From Coleofasciculus chthonoplastes F2-STO-03 (GTDB taxonomy: Bacteria; Cyanobacteriota; Cyanobacteriia; Cyanobacteriales; Coleofasciculaceae): DNA of 64,000 bases. Below, piece after piece: positions 39,800-51,204 of the stretch. Every line of letters starts with the position of its first letter. Positions within the stretch are counted from its first letter, which is position 1. The stretch lies in NCBI GenBank assembly GCA_040222015.1, contig JAVJWO010000193.1, positions 32,001 through 96,000 of the forward strand. The letters run 5' to 3'. The notes under the pieces were generated by a model. The model worked only from the letters and a program-made list of their open reading frames with translations, searched no databases and was not told where the DNA came from. Both the position numbers and the translations under genes were made by a program.

Positions 39800-41788
39800 A
39801 TGACTAAGATAATAAAATTTCATTTTTTAGCTTCAACGATTTTTCTGATTAGTTGCTTCATTCTCCAAGTTTTTTTTAACGCTCATAATGCCTTACCGTG
39901 GCTGAATGTATTCCTATTTTTAGTGATATTGATATCAACGGTGGTTCATCCTCTGTCTGGTATCGGTGTTTTAGTATTTTTACTTCCCTTCACAGCAGGT
40001 GTTTTCCCTCAAACTCAAGCCCTATTTAATATCGCCATTCCCATGACAGATATTTTGAGTTTAGATTGTATGATTGGGGTTTTATTCGGGCTATTTTTCC
40101 TAGATGTTTTTACCAACAGATTAAAAATTGATCGGAATAAAGACTGGGATCAAACTAGGATACTTGAATCCCTGTTAATTGCTTTTCACATTGTTATCAT
40201 TATAACCGTCGCGATCGCTATATCTCGCAATCTTTACCAGTCTGTATCTCCCTACTCTGTTAAAGGATTTTTCTACAATCTTGCTAATATCCGCTACCTC
40301 AGCTTTCATGATGACTATTTTCCGCTCAGAGATCTGGTTATTTTTACGGCTGCGATTACACTCAGCATCAGGTTACTCAACCTAATCCGCACTCCGTCAC
40401 AGTTAAAACAAAGTCTATTAATACCTCTGGCTATTGCGACAACTATTATTTTAGGTTATGCACTGTGGTCAAAACTAACAGGATTGGGTTACAACCGAGA
40501 CGGTGTCGCGCTGGGTGTCAACAGCTTTCTCCCCGATATTCACGCTTATGGAGGATATGCTCTAGCCGCTGTTCTGGGGGGACTCTATTATTTAAGCAGC
40601 ACTAATGTCTTGATTAAATGGATAGCCGGGGCTTTTTCATTAATGGCGGTTGTTGGAGTCGTTGTTAGTGCTTCTCGCTTTGCGATCGTCATGTTATGTA
40701 TTGTCGTTATTAGTTATTTATTTTTTGTTTTCTGGACTAAAAAAAGAGGTAATCTAACAACAGTTGTATTGAGTGTTATTTTAGTTTTCGGAACAGCTTA
40801 TTTAAGTGTTAAATTTGATAATAGAGAATTATTCAGCCGACTTTATTCAGTGTTACAATCTCAATCTTTTGAAGACTTCAACACTACCCTAAGTCAGCGA
40901 CCAGAAATATTTCGTTCCAATCTATTAATGTACAGCCACTATCCCATTCTGGGTTTAGGTAAGGGCATTTTTTATCGCCAAAGTTCAATTGCTGAGTTTA
41001 GCCAGTCTGATTTCTTTGCGACATATAATAATGGAGAAAATGCCCATAACTATTTTCTGCAAATCCTCGTAGAAATGGGTCTGGTTGGGTTGGTTATTTT
41101 TTGTTGTTTATTTCTTTACCAAGGTCTGTACCTAAGAAATCGATCCACGGAAATTATCACAGTACTAATAGTGGGACTATTTTCGGGAAATATCTATGGT
41201 CATTCCCTGTTGATACCTAACCTGCTTTTCTTACTGTTTATCTTGCTAGGAGCATCCAATGTAGATGAGCAACCAGAAAAATCAATTTCCCCGACAATCC
41301 GGCTTATACCGTTGCCTAAAGCTTGGCGTTATTTCCTTATAGCAATGACAACAGCCATAGTCGTCGGAGCGATTTATGAAGTAAAAACTAGCTATGGTAA
41401 ACTTCCTTTCCAATCACAGTTTTTCTGTTATAAACCTGCTGAATACAGCGATCGCCAGACGAGCGGTCTGTTTAAAGAAACCTATACAGTCACTGGAAAA
41501 TATCTCATGCTCAATTATATTGTCCATCATGCCGATGCTCAAAGGCGTCCTCTCACGATTGACTTCAACTTAGAACAACAAGGACAAACGATTGCTTACT
41601 ACCAACGCTTGATTAATTCTCCAGGTGAGTATCAGGAAAGTTTGGATATCTCTCAATTAAAAACAGGTTCTAACATTTCACTACAAATTAAAACTTCAAG
41701 GTGCTTCACACCGATGAATTTAGGAGTTGGCTTAGATAAAAGACCTTTGGGTATTCAGTTAAACAAGGTTTTGCAGGATAGCAGATAA
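39800..41788 (+). CDS. O-antigen ligase (Wzy_C) family protein with C-terminal periplasmic domain
   Basis: Multi-TM, SASR, PILGLGKG, NAHNYFLQILVEMG. Confidence 0.85.
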   Translation: MTKIIKFHFLASTIFLISCFILQVFFNAHNALPWLNVFLFLVILISTVVHPLSGIGVLVFLLPFTAGVFPQTQALFNIAIPMTDILSLDCMIGVLFGLFFLDVFTNRLKIDRNKDWDQTRILESLLIAFHIVIIITVAIAISRNLYQSVSPYSVKGFFYNLANIRYLSFHDDYFPLRDLVIFTAAITLSIRLLNLIRTPSQLKQSLLIPLAIATTIILGYALWSKLTGLGYNRDGVALGVNSFLPDIHAYGGYALAAVLGGLYYLSSTNVLIKWIAGAFSLMAVVGVVVSASRFAIVMLCIVVISYLFFVFWTKKRGNLTTVVLSVILVFGTAYLSVKFDNRELFSRLYSVLQSQSFEDFNTTLSQRPEIFRSNLLMYSHYPILGLGKGIFYRQSSIAEFSQSDFFATYNNGENAHNYFLQILVEMGLVGLVIFCCLFLYQGLYLRNRSTEIITVLIVGLFSGNIYGHSLLIPNLLFLLFILLGASNVDEQPEKSISPTIRLIPLPKAWRYFLIAMTTAIVVGAIYEVKTSYGKLPFQSQFFCYKPAEYSDRQTSGLFKETYTVTGKYLMLNYIVHHADAQRRPLTIDFNLEQQGQTIAYYQRLINSPGEYQESLDISQLKTGSNISLQIKTSRCFTPMNLGVGLDKRPLGIQLNKVLQDSR

Positions 41789-42326
41789 CTTCAAGATAGA
41801 TAATTGGCTCAGCCTTTTTTTTTAAGGAAATGAATAAAAAAAGTTGCTACTTCTGATCCAAAACAGACTCCTGTTTGCTCTGATTTAGGCTCAGTCAAAT
41901 AAGTACAAACTACACCCGACACCCGACTTACCCAAACCCAAAGTAGAATGGTACTGATTTAAGGCTGGTGGGCAATGCCCACCCTACAGTATATCAAGGG
42001 TTTTGGCACTGCCCAAATGCTTATCGAGCGTGCTACTAACCCTAAGCAGGATCTGTATGTAAGTCTTAAAGATGTTGGAACTGCACAGGGTAAGCAGGGG
42101 TCAGTAATGGTAAGACCCAAGGAGCATATTACCTTTGTCGGCTGGGTAACGCTTACGCTCTACCCAACCTCCAAGAACATTTTGTGTTCTGACATGCTTC
42201 CAAGACCTAGCGAGGTGCGCTAGGTAAGTTTATTTGATACTGTTTTAGTGTGGTGTGTGAATTGAACAGCGACGCGATTAGCGTGAGCTGATGTCCTCTA
42301 GAGGTTACTAAAACCGTACTGGTGTG

Positions 42327-43616
42327 ATGAGTGAGATAGCGATTTCATTGACAAATGTCTCCAAGTGCTATAAGCGCTATAACCGTCCCCTCGATAGACT
42401 CAAAGAAATAGTACTGCCAGGAAAGAGCCGCGCCCAAGCGTTTTGGGCATTGCGTGATATCAACCTGGAAGTCGCCCCAGGGGAGACTCTGGGCATTGTG
42501 GGGCAGAATGGTTCAGGGAAAAGTACCCTGTTGCAGATCATTGCCGGAACCCTGACACCAACGACAGGTGAGGTGTGGGTTAATGGTCGAGTTTCCGCCT
42601 TGCTGGAACTTGGAAGTGGGTTCAACCCAGAGTTTACCGGACGGCAAAATGTCTTTTTTAATGGTCAAATTCTGGGATTAAGTCGGGAAGAGATAGCAGC
42701 GAAGTTTGATAACATTGCCGCTTTTGCTGATATCGGTGATTTCCTCGATCAACCAGTCAAAACCTATTCTAGTGGCATGGTAGTTCGCCTCGCCTTTGCC
42801 GTGGTAGCGAATATCGATCCCACGATATTAATCGTAGACGAAGCCTTAGCTGTTGGTGATGCCCGTTTCCAAGCGCGTTGTATGAAACGAATTCGCCAGC
42901 TTAAAGAGCAAGGCGTAACCATTCTTTTTGTTTCCCACGATTCAGCCAGCGTTAAAATGCTTTGTACTCGTGCTGCCCTGATGAATTATGGTTCCCTCAT
43001 TGAAGTGGGCCAGCCCAAAGAGGTTATTAATCATTATACGGCGCTATTGAGTTCAGACAACCCCCGTAATTATAAAGAGATTCTTTCGCCTAAAGAAAGG
43101 TTAGAGTTCAATCATTGCCAACCGGAAACTTCATTAAACCGCACCCTACATGGATTACACGAACATCGACATGGGAATCAAATCGCCGTAATCAATGAGG
43201 TTAAGATTATCAATATCTATAACCGCCAAGTAGAGACAATAGAAACGGGTTCTCTGTTTAAGATTCAGGTGAAGTTAGCCGTTAATGCCAAGCTGCCTGA
43301 TCTGGTGATCGGTATTTCCATTAGAAACTTAATGGGGTTGGTTATCTATGGCACGAATACTCAAGGATTGAACTGTCAATTACCCCAGCTTGACAGGGGA
43401 CAAAAGTTGACTGTAGAATTTCAACTTCCCTGTAACTTACATAAGGGGATTTATACCGTAACCGTAGGGGTTCATTCCCAAGAAGGATTAAGTTATGATT
43501 GGATTGATGATTTAGTCGTGTTTGAAGTAATCAATGACAGTCATTGTGAAGGTATTGTTGATTTGCAAGCTGATGTCAAAATCAAAGCTGATGCCGTTTT
43601 TTGTCTAACTCCATAA
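42327..43616 (+). CDS. wzt: Wzt polysaccharide ABC transporter ATPase with C-terminal carbohydrate-binding domain
   Basis: GQNGSGKST, YSSGM, VDEALAVGD, Wzt_C. Confidence 0.93.
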   Translation: MSEIAISLTNVSKCYKRYNRPLDRLKEIVLPGKSRAQAFWALRDINLEVAPGETLGIVGQNGSGKSTLLQIIAGTLTPTTGEVWVNGRVSALLELGSGFNPEFTGRQNVFFNGQILGLSREEIAAKFDNIAAFADIGDFLDQPVKTYSSGMVVRLAFAVVANIDPTILIVDEALAVGDARFQARCMKRIRQLKEQGVTILFVSHDSASVKMLCTRAALMNYGSLIEVGQPKEVINHYTALLSSDNPRNYKEILSPKERLEFNHCQPETSLNRTLHGLHEHRHGNQIAVINEVKIINIYNRQVETIETGSLFKIQVKLAVNAKLPDLVIGISIRNLMGLVIYGTNTQGLNCQLPQLDRGQKLTVEFQLPCNLHKGIYTVTVGVHSQEGLSYDWIDDLVVFEVINDSHCEGIVDLQADVKIKADAVFCLTP

Positions 43617-43657
43617 TCTCAAGAAAATCTCCTAAATTTCCTCAATTTTTTTAACTA

Positions 43658-44887
43658 ATGAGTATGATTGAAGCCAATAACCCAGAAATTGATGTTGATG
43701 AGTTAATGGAGAAAGTTCGGGAAGAGGTCGCCAAACGTAACACTAAACCGTTCACAAAAGAAAATGTAAATCGGCAACCTACCCTTGGCATTAATCCTCT
43801 TCTTGCTCACCAGATACAAGCCTTTCTCAATAACGCCGAATCCAAGTCTCAAGTTCGCACAGAGTTTCCCGAAAAGCTGAATCGTTTTCCGTTTACACTC
43901 AGTAGACGATTACAGAAGTTCATTTTAAGACTGTATGCCTTTCTCTTCAAGGAACAACGCGCTGTTAATTTCTCTTTAATTCAAGCGCTAAGAGAGTCTT
44001 TTGCACTAAATCAGCAGTTGAGTGAGCAAATGGCGGCTCTTCAATCTCAACTCAAGTTGATGGATAAGCGTTATGAAAAAAATTACATCGACATCAAAAA
44101 TGATTTGGCTCAACAGCAGCAACTGATTAATTTTCTTTTAGATTTAGATGAGGTTAAAGATCAATTGCCTGCAATTTTGAAGTCCGAGCAACTTCAAAGG
44201 CAAAGCTTGATCAATCAAAATACAAGATTAGTTGATACGTTTTATCTTGCCCTAGAAGACAAATTTCGGGGGAGTCGAGAGGAAATTATTGAGCGATTAA
44301 AGGTTTACTTGCCACGAATTGCACAAGCTAAAAATGACACCAAAAACTTGCTTATTCTCGATCTAGGCTGTGGGCGGGGGGAATGGTTGGAGTTGTTGCG
44401 AGATGAGGGATATGTGGCTCGCGGGTTAGATATTAATCAGCTTATGCTCGATCAGTGTAAGACTGGGGGGCTAGACGTTATTGAAGCTGATGCATTGACT
44501 TATCTGAAATCTCAACCTGATGCGAGCCTAGGTGCAGTGACAGGATTTCACTTGATTGAGCATTTACCTTTTCCTGTGTTGATAAACTTGATTGAGGAAA
44601 GTGTCAGAGTTCTCCAGCCAAGAGGGTTAGTAATCTTTGAAACTCCAAATCCTCAGAATGCGTTAGTGGGAATGCATAATTTTTATATTGATCCAAGCCA
44701 CCTCAACCCCTTACCTAGTGCATTGGTAAAATTTATGCTAGAACACAGTGGATTCGATCAAGTAGAAATTATCAATCTTCATCCTTATGACGAATCGTTT
44801 AAACTGAGTGGTTCTCCAGTAGCAGAACGTTTTAATGAGTATTTCTATGGTTCACAAGATTATGCAGTGATTGGATACAAGCCATGA
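43658..44887 (+). CDS. Coiled-coil + class I SAM methyltransferase
   Basis: EDKFRGSRE, DLGCGRGEWL, HLIEHL, ETPNP. Confidence 0.88.
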   Translation: MSMIEANNPEIDVDELMEKVREEVAKRNTKPFTKENVNRQPTLGINPLLAHQIQAFLNNAESKSQVRTEFPEKLNRFPFTLSRRLQKFILRLYAFLFKEQRAVNFSLIQALRESFALNQQLSEQMAALQSQLKLMDKRYEKNYIDIKNDLAQQQQLINFLLDLDEVKDQLPAILKSEQLQRQSLINQNTRLVDTFYLALEDKFRGSREEIIERLKVYLPRIAQAKNDTKNLLILDLGCGRGEWLELLRDEGYVARGLDINQLMLDQCKTGGLDVIEADALTYLKSQPDASLGAVTGFHLIEHLPFPVLINLIEESVRVLQPRGLVIFETPNPQNALVGMHNFYIDPSHLNPLPSALVKFMLEHSGFDQVEIINLHPYDESFKLSGSPVAERFNEYFYGSQDYAVIGYKP

Positions 44888-47199
44888 AACCCCTTGCCAT
44901 CGTAACACCTTGGTTTAATAAAAATCTAACAGGAGGAGCCGAGCAACAAGCGTGGCAAGTGGCTACCCGTTTGGCGAGTCGGGGTCATAAAATTGAAGTG
45001 TTAACTACTTGCTGTCGTTCCTTTCATGATGACTGGGCGGTGAATCATTTCAAAGCCGGAGTTAGTCGGGAGAATGGGTTACTCATTCGGCGGTTTCCGG
45101 TGAGTCGTCGCGATCGCACGGCGTTTGATCAGGTTAATCGCGTTATGCTAAGTTTACCCCCTTGCCAACTTAAACCAGGGGTTAATCCGGTTAAATCGGG
45201 AGAATCAGCTGTTTTCGCATCAGCAAATATTAATTCCCCCAAATTGCTGAATTATTTGTCCAAGAAATCCAAAAGCTATCAAGCGTTTCTATTTATTCCT
45301 TATCTTTATGGCATAATTTTAAACGGACTTCCTCTTGTGTCCAGTAAGGCGTTTTTGCAGCCCTGTTTGCATGATGAGGTTTATGCCTATCTGCCAGAGG
45401 TTGCTAAAATTTTTCATCAATGCCAAGGTTTGTTATGGATTAGTGAGGGAGAATATCACCAAGGGATAAAGTTATATGGTTCTGGTATTATTCCTAAAAG
45501 TGTTGTCGTCAGTGCGGGTGTAGAGGTGACTCGACATGAAGAAAACCAAACAGAACCTGTCCTAAGTTTACAACTTGACAAAGAATTTTATATTCTTTGC
45601 TTAGGTCGTCGCGATAGGACTAAAAATACTAATCTATTAGTAGATGCTTATATAAAATTTAAGCAACAGTATCCTGAATCAAAACTTAAGCTGGTTTTAG
45701 CGGGTTCTGGTAATCAGTCATTTAATGACTCAGAACAGGGTGTGATTGATTTGGGTGTAGTGGATGAACCGGAAAAAGCAGCATTACTCACCCACTGTAT
45801 CGCCTTATTTCAACCCAGCCGTAACGAAAGCTTCTCCCGTGTAATCATGGAAGCCTGGTTTTACGGTAAACCTGTGGCGGCTAATCGAGACTGTCTAGCA
45901 ACAGCGATGGCGGTGGAATCTAGTCAAGGGGGTTGGTTAGCAGGGAGTGAGGTAGAATGGGCGGAATTATTTGCCAAAGTTGATCAGATGGGAGAGGAAC
46001 AACTGGTAAGCTATGGGACGAGGGGTCAAGCTTATGCAAAAGAAAATGCGGTATGGGATAAAGTTATTGAACGGTATGAATTCGCCCTAGGATTATCTAA
46101 ACCAGGCAGAGGTTTAAACGCGCTAACAAGACGCGGAAAGCTCAAGGAAATCCATCAACTTCTACCAAATTTAGCGTATGGTGACGCAATCTCAAATCAA
46201 GCACTAGCCATTCGAGATTATCTGCGTCGCTGCGGTTATCACTCCGATATTTTTGTTCGTTGTATCGATGAGCGAGTTGCCCATGAAGCCAAACTATTTA
46301 ACCCAAATGACATTAGTGAGCAAGCTGGGAGCATCTACCACCATTCAATTGGCTCAGAACTTACCGACTACGCGATCGCCCATTCCGGTTCTAAGTGCTT
46401 AATTTATCATAATATCACACCATCGGAGTTCTTCCGTCCCTATAAACCTGAGTTTGCTCAACTGCTAGAAAAAGGACGTGTTGAATTGAATAAATTGGCT
46501 CAACACTTTCCTTTATCCGTGGGAGATTCTGCCTATAATGCCGCAGAACTCGCAGCCGTTGGGTTTCATCAGCCAGGGGTGTTGCCGATAATCGTAGACC
46601 CCAGCAAATGGGATATGCCTGCCGATGCTACATTGATGGATCAATTACAGGATGGAAAATCAAATTTACTCTTTGTTGGTCGTATTGCTCCAAACAAATG
46701 CCAGATTCATCTAGTAGAATCATTCTACCATTACCTGACAATGGATCAAGCGGCGAGGTTAATTCTAGCTGGATGGGGAGATGTGAATGATCCCTATTAC
46801 TGTCACCTGTTGGATAGAATACAAGAACTCGGTTTAAAGGATTATGTTTTAGTGTCAGGGTTAGTTAGTGAAACTCAATTGTTAGCCTTTTACCGAACAG
46901 CACATCTATTCTGGTCGATGAGTGAACATGAAGGGTTTGGTGTGCCATTAGTGGAAGCAATGTGGTTTGATATTCCGGTTTTGGCATATAAGAGTAGTGC
47001 TGTTCCGGAAACGTTGGGCAATGGTGGTATCTTGTTTACTCGTAAAGACGAGCTAGTTCAAGTTGCCGCCTTAGCCAAACTGTTAATCCACAATCCAGTC
47101 TTAAGGAATCAAGTGATAACTCATCAAATTCAGAGACGTATATTTTGCTCACCGAAATCTGTTGAACTAAATCTTATAAATTTAGTGAATTCACTATAA
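44884..47199 (+). CDS. Two-domain GT4 glycosyltransferase
   Basis: GGAE..ESFSRVIMEA; GDAISN..EGFGVPLVEA. Confidence 0.9.
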   Translation: MKPLAIVTPWFNKNLTGGAEQQAWQVATRLASRGHKIEVLTTCCRSFHDDWAVNHFKAGVSRENGLLIRRFPVSRRDRTAFDQVNRVMLSLPPCQLKPGVNPVKSGESAVFASANINSPKLLNYLSKKSKSYQAFLFIPYLYGIILNGLPLVSSKAFLQPCLHDEVYAYLPEVAKIFHQCQGLLWISEGEYHQGIKLYGSGIIPKSVVVSAGVEVTRHEENQTEPVLSLQLDKEFYILCLGRRDRTKNTNLLVDAYIKFKQQYPESKLKLVLAGSGNQSFNDSEQGVIDLGVVDEPEKAALLTHCIALFQPSRNESFSRVIMEAWFYGKPVAANRDCLATAMAVESSQGGWLAGSEVEWAELFAKVDQMGEEQLVSYGTRGQAYAKENAVWDKVIERYEFALGLSKPGRGLNALTRRGKLKEIHQLLPNLAYGDAISNQALAIRDYLRRCGYHSDIFVRCIDERVAHEAKLFNPNDISEQAGSIYHHSIGSELTDYAIAHSGSKCLIYHNITPSEFFRPYKPEFAQLLEKGRVELNKLAQHFPLSVGDSAYNAAELAAVGFHQPGVLPIIVDPSKWDMPADATLMDQLQDGKSNLLFVGRIAPNKCQIHLVESFYHYLTMDQAARLILAGWGDVNDPYYCHLLDRIQELGLKDYVLVSGLVSETQLLAFYRTAHLFWSMSEHEGFGVPLVEAMWFDIPVLAYKSSAVPETLGNGGILFTRKDELVQVAALAKLLIHNPVLRNQVITHQIQRRIFCSPKSVELNLINLVNSL

Positions 47200-47216
47200 A
47201 ATCAAGGAGTTTATGA

Positions 47217-48629
47217 ATGAATAAAACAAAAAATAAATTCACAGTAATTACTACTTCATTTTTGATACAACTTGCAAAAACAATAAAATTAATTTTAAAT
47301 ATTTACTTCAGCAAAAATACAAACCAATCAATAAATTCAGAAATAATAGAAACAGAAGAAGATTCAGACAAATCAAATGATATCACAAGTAAGATTTATA
47401 GCCTTAGTCCTGACTATTCTATAGAGCAGTTAGACGCAATTTACAACACAATAATTTTAAAGCAAAGCTTTTATAATTCAGAGTATAGTCAAAATTGGGA
47501 AATCACTCCCTATCGGGCTATGGCAGAGATGATAGTTACCGTAATAAATCCAAAATCGCATCTGGATATAGGATGTGGCATAGGTTTATTAGTTCAAGCA
47601 ATGCGAGATAAACAGGTCGAATCTTGTGGATTAGAATACAGTGAATCTTTAGTTGAACAAGCAAATAGTTCTATACGTCAATATATTAAAAACATTTCAA
47701 TAGAAGAGATGATTTTAGATTGGGAAAACCATTTTAAACAAAAAGATGTAATTAGCTTAACAGAAGTTTGCGAGCATTTACCAATTTCTATCCTTGAAAA
47801 AGTTTTTTCGCTTTTTAGTCAAAATCATAAAGGAGCCATCTTTGCAACCATTCCTTCCTATGGACTTGATTCTACCTTTAAACATGGAATAAAAGTAAAT
47901 CCAGATACTCCATCATGGCTAAGAGATATGCAGGAAAATATACCCTTCAAAAATATTGTTTTAGAAAATGCTTTGCCTCATCATGGACATATCACACTCG
48001 CATCTTACAGATGGTGGACTGAATTTTTTCTTTATTATGGATGGTCTAGAAATAGAGACTTGGAATTTTCATGTAACCGTAATTTTAAGCACACACTCAT
48101 AACCTATAACTGGAATCCTTATATTCTTGAGCCAATCGTTGAAATAGATCGAGTTAATGAATCGATAAAATCAGGAAATGGTTTAAATTTGGGTTGGTAT
48201 GACTACGATGATGATGTAAAAGGTCGTTGGACTGACGGTTTCGCCAGAATTGTTTTCAAGAACAATTCATCTATTTATGGCATTAAACTAAAATTATCAA
48301 CTCCTGATATAAATATTATACAAGATTGGGAATTATGCTTAAGAGTGGATAGCTTAGCTAAAGATTATAATTATAAATTTATTTGGAATCCATGTTTAAT
48401 AAGTAAACCCATAGAAGTTCCTCGAAAATCAGAAACTGAAGTTGAAGTTGAGATTTTATTGTTTCCTTTCAAATCAGTTGATGTTGAATTGCCGTCTTTA
48501 CCAAACTGTTGGCGACTCAATATCATGTCATCAAAATTTTCTCCCAAAGATTATGATTTAAGCCCAAATGTAAAAGAATTAGGAATTGTAGTTCACTCAA
48601 TTGAAATATTAGTAGACGATAGACTATGA
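47217..48629 (+). CDS. SAM methyltransferase-domain protein with C-terminal beta domain
   Basis: LDIGCGIG, EVCEHL, GWY..RWT..ELGI. Confidence 0.75.
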   Translation: MNKTKNKFTVITTSFLIQLAKTIKLILNIYFSKNTNQSINSEIIETEEDSDKSNDITSKIYSLSPDYSIEQLDAIYNTIILKQSFYNSEYSQNWEITPYRAMAEMIVTVINPKSHLDIGCGIGLLVQAMRDKQVESCGLEYSESLVEQANSSIRQYIKNISIEEMILDWENHFKQKDVISLTEVCEHLPISILEKVFSLFSQNHKGAIFATIPSYGLDSTFKHGIKVNPDTPSWLRDMQENIPFKNIVLENALPHHGHITLASYRWWTEFFLYYGWSRNRDLEFSCNRNFKHTLITYNWNPYILEPIVEIDRVNESIKSGNGLNLGWYDYDDDVKGRWTDGFARIVFKNNSSIYGIKLKLSTPDINIIQDWELCLRVDSLAKDYNYKFIWNPCLISKPIEVPRKSETEVEVEILLFPFKSVDVELPSLPNCWRLNIMSSKFSPKDYDLSPNVKELGIVVHSIEILVDDRL

Positions 48630-48632
48630 CCT

Positions 48633-49808
48633 ATGAAAGTAGCCTTTGTTGTTCAACGTTGCGGATTGGAGGTTAATGGGGGTGCAGAATCACATTGCCT
48701 TAAAATTGCCCAACGGATGTCTAAGTATTGGGATTTAGAAATTCTAACAACTTGTGCTTTGGACTATATGACGTGGCAGAATTACTATTCACCAGGAGTA
48801 TCAAACGTCTTGGGTGTCAACGTGCGGCGTTTTCAGGTAGCCAAACCTAGAGATGTTGTCAGTTTTAATAAGTTATCTGATAAAATTTACTCTCGGCTCA
48901 AAACAGTCTCACTAGAAGAACAAGAAGCGTGGATGCAAGCGCAAGGACCATGGTCTCCTGACCTGATAAACTATGTTAAAGCTTGTCAAGATGAGTATGA
49001 GGCTTTTATCTTTTTCACATATTTATATGCGACGACTTACTTTATATTACCCTGGGTCGCTGAAAAAGCGTATTTAGCACCTTTAGCTCATAACGAGTGG
49101 ACTTTGTATCTGAGTATGTGGGATAGGTTATTTGAGAAACCTCGCGGTTTTATCTTTAATGCACCGGAAGAACGGGATTTGATACAAGCACGCTTTCCTT
49201 ATGCTAACTGTAAAGGACAGATTGTGGGAGTGGCGGTAGAACCCCCCGATAGTTATAGTGCAGCAGTGTTTCGGCACAACTATAAGATTGATGAGCCATT
49301 TTTGTTGTATATTGGCAGAATCGATCCGTCTAAGGGATGCGAGGAGTTGTTTCGCTATTTCATGGAGTTGCGATCGCAGGAAACAAAACCCAGAAAGTTA
49401 GTCTTACTAGGAAAGCCAGCTATGCCGATTCCCCAGCATCCCGATATCCTCGCGTTGGGGTTTGTGGATGAGCAAACCAAGTGGAATGCACTTGCAGCTT
49501 GTGATATTTTAGTCATGCCATCGCCTTATGAAAGTCTTTCCATGGTATTGTTAGAAGCCTGGGCAGTCGGTAAGCCGGTTTTAGTTAATGGGCAATGTGA
49601 TGTTTTAGTGGGACAGTGTAGGCGGGCGCAAGGGGGAATTTGGTATAAGAATAAGGATGAATTTATTGTAGCTGTAGGCATGATCCACAACTCCGTCAGC
49701 TATCAGTTAGGATTACAAGGGCAACGCTTTGTTCAAAGCCATTATGTTTGGTCTCAGATAGATTCTGATTATTTAAGTATAATTCCTCAAAATGACTGCT
49801 CTAAATAA
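48633..49808 (+). CDS. GT4 glycosyltransferase
   Basis: GGAE, GRIDPSKG, ESLSMVLLEA. Confidence 0.92.
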   Translation: MKVAFVVQRCGLEVNGGAESHCLKIAQRMSKYWDLEILTTCALDYMTWQNYYSPGVSNVLGVNVRRFQVAKPRDVVSFNKLSDKIYSRLKTVSLEEQEAWMQAQGPWSPDLINYVKACQDEYEAFIFFTYLYATTYFILPWVAEKAYLAPLAHNEWTLYLSMWDRLFEKPRGFIFNAPEERDLIQARFPYANCKGQIVGVAVEPPDSYSAAVFRHNYKIDEPFLLYIGRIDPSKGCEELFRYFMELRSQETKPRKLVLLGKPAMPIPQHPDILALGFVDEQTKWNALAACDILVMPSPYESLSMVLLEAWAVGKPVLVNGQCDVLVGQCRRAQGGIWYKNKDEFIVAVGMIHNSVSYQLGLQGQRFVQSHYVWSQIDSDYLSIIPQNDCSK

Positions 49809-51171
49809 AATCAACAAATTATACCGCACGAAAGTCAAACCATTTGCTGCCTTGATCATTGCCTTAATTGTATTTATTACATATTTTTACTATGCTTTGG
49901 TAAGCCATAGAACTCCCACAGGTGATGAGCCTCATTATGTATTAGCAACTATCAGTCTAATCAAAGACCATGATCTCAATCTACTTAATAATTATATCGA
50001 GCAAGATTATCTAGATTTTGCTCAATATGCTACTTTAGACATGCATGCGCGAGAATATCAAAAAGGTATCTTATTTCCTGTACACAGCTATTGGTTTAGT
50101 TTATTGCTCCTCCCATTCTATCTAATTGCTGGACTGCCCGGTATATACTTTTTTCTGGCTTCGCTTTTAGCGGTTAGCATATATCTAATCAATAAAATAA
50201 TGTGTTTTCTATTAGCCCCAGACAAACAGTACTTGGCTTACGGAAGTTCTTTAACCTTTGCCTTTATTGTACCTTTTGCCAGTTCTTCAATTACCATCTA
50301 TCCCTCCGTCCCGGGTACAGTATTAGTTTTACTGAGCTTATATTTTTATTGTAAATTTTTGAGGACAGACAAAACCGTTTATTTGGGGTATTCGCTATTA
50401 ACCATAGCTACGATAGAATTTTTGCATCATACTTATTTAATTATTTCAGTCGCCTGGGTTATTTATCTAGTTTTAAATTATTATAATAGACTCAGTAAGC
50501 GTATTTTTTTTGCGGTTGCACTCGTATACCTCGTATGGATAGTGACTCCCTATTTTTGGGGAGGAGATATATTTGTAGGTTCCCAAAAGGGTAATTTTAT
50601 TAATCTCCAAACATTCTTTAATCAATTTGCTTATCATAGTTTTAACCTTGAAATTGGGCTAATTTCCAATTCCCCTGTCTATGCCTTACTCGTTATCATT
50701 CCGATAATTTTAATAGTTTTAAGTAAACGAGTCAACCTATTATCTATCAAAGCATTACAGCTATCCTATGTCTCTCTAGTCTGCTTTTATTCCTTTGTCT
50801 GCTTACATCAAATAACGCCAGGAGAGTCACCAATTGCCCGATATTTTGTACCCGTGTTACCCCTAGTATTTATTAGCATAGTTTATGCTATTTCCCTGAG
50901 TTATTTTACGGAATTACTATTTTGTATTTTAGTAGCATATAGCTTTCTAATTGGTATCGTAATTTTTGATACTAGATGTAATGTATTATCTTGCCATAGT
51001 TGGATTGTAGAAAGATTACAAGAATGGACGGGGAGCAAACTACTCTTTCAAATTAGCTATTTTGATGACTATCAATTAGCTGGTATTTTTATTTTTAGTG
51101 GATTCCTCGCGACTCTAGTTGTGAATCAATTATTTTTGTCCGCTAAAAACTTTTTAAATTATCAGCAATAA
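49792..51171 (+). CDS. GT-C-fold (PMT-like) membrane glycosyltransferase
   Basis: TGDEPHY after the first TM, many TM segments, ARYFVP. Confidence 0.7.
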   Translation: MTALNKINKLYRTKVKPFAALIIALIVFITYFYYALVSHRTPTGDEPHYVLATISLIKDHDLNLLNNYIEQDYLDFAQYATLDMHAREYQKGILFPVHSYWFSLLLLPFYLIAGLPGIYFFLASLLAVSIYLINKIMCFLLAPDKQYLAYGSSLTFAFIVPFASSSITIYPSVPGTVLVLLSLYFYCKFLRTDKTVYLGYSLLTIATIEFLHHTYLIISVAWVIYLVLNYYNRLSKRIFFAVALVYLVWIVTPYFWGGDIFVGSQKGNFINLQTFFNQFAYHSFNLEIGLISNSPVYALLVIIPIILIVLSKRVNLLSIKALQLSYVSLVCFYSFVCLHQITPGESPIARYFVPVLPLVFISIVYAISLSYFTELLFCILVAYSFLIGIVIFDTRCNVLSCHSWIVERLQEWTGSKLLFQISYFDDYQLAGIFIFSGFLATLVVNQLFLSAKNFLNYQQ

Positions 51172-51204
51172 TTTTCATCACCAGTACTACCAATAGAATT
51201 AAAC

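Noticed and set aside
41892..42241. 82-aa ORF and a possible TIR pair upstream of wzt
   Set aside because: The ORF starts within a REP-like repeat, and the inverted match is too weak to call an element
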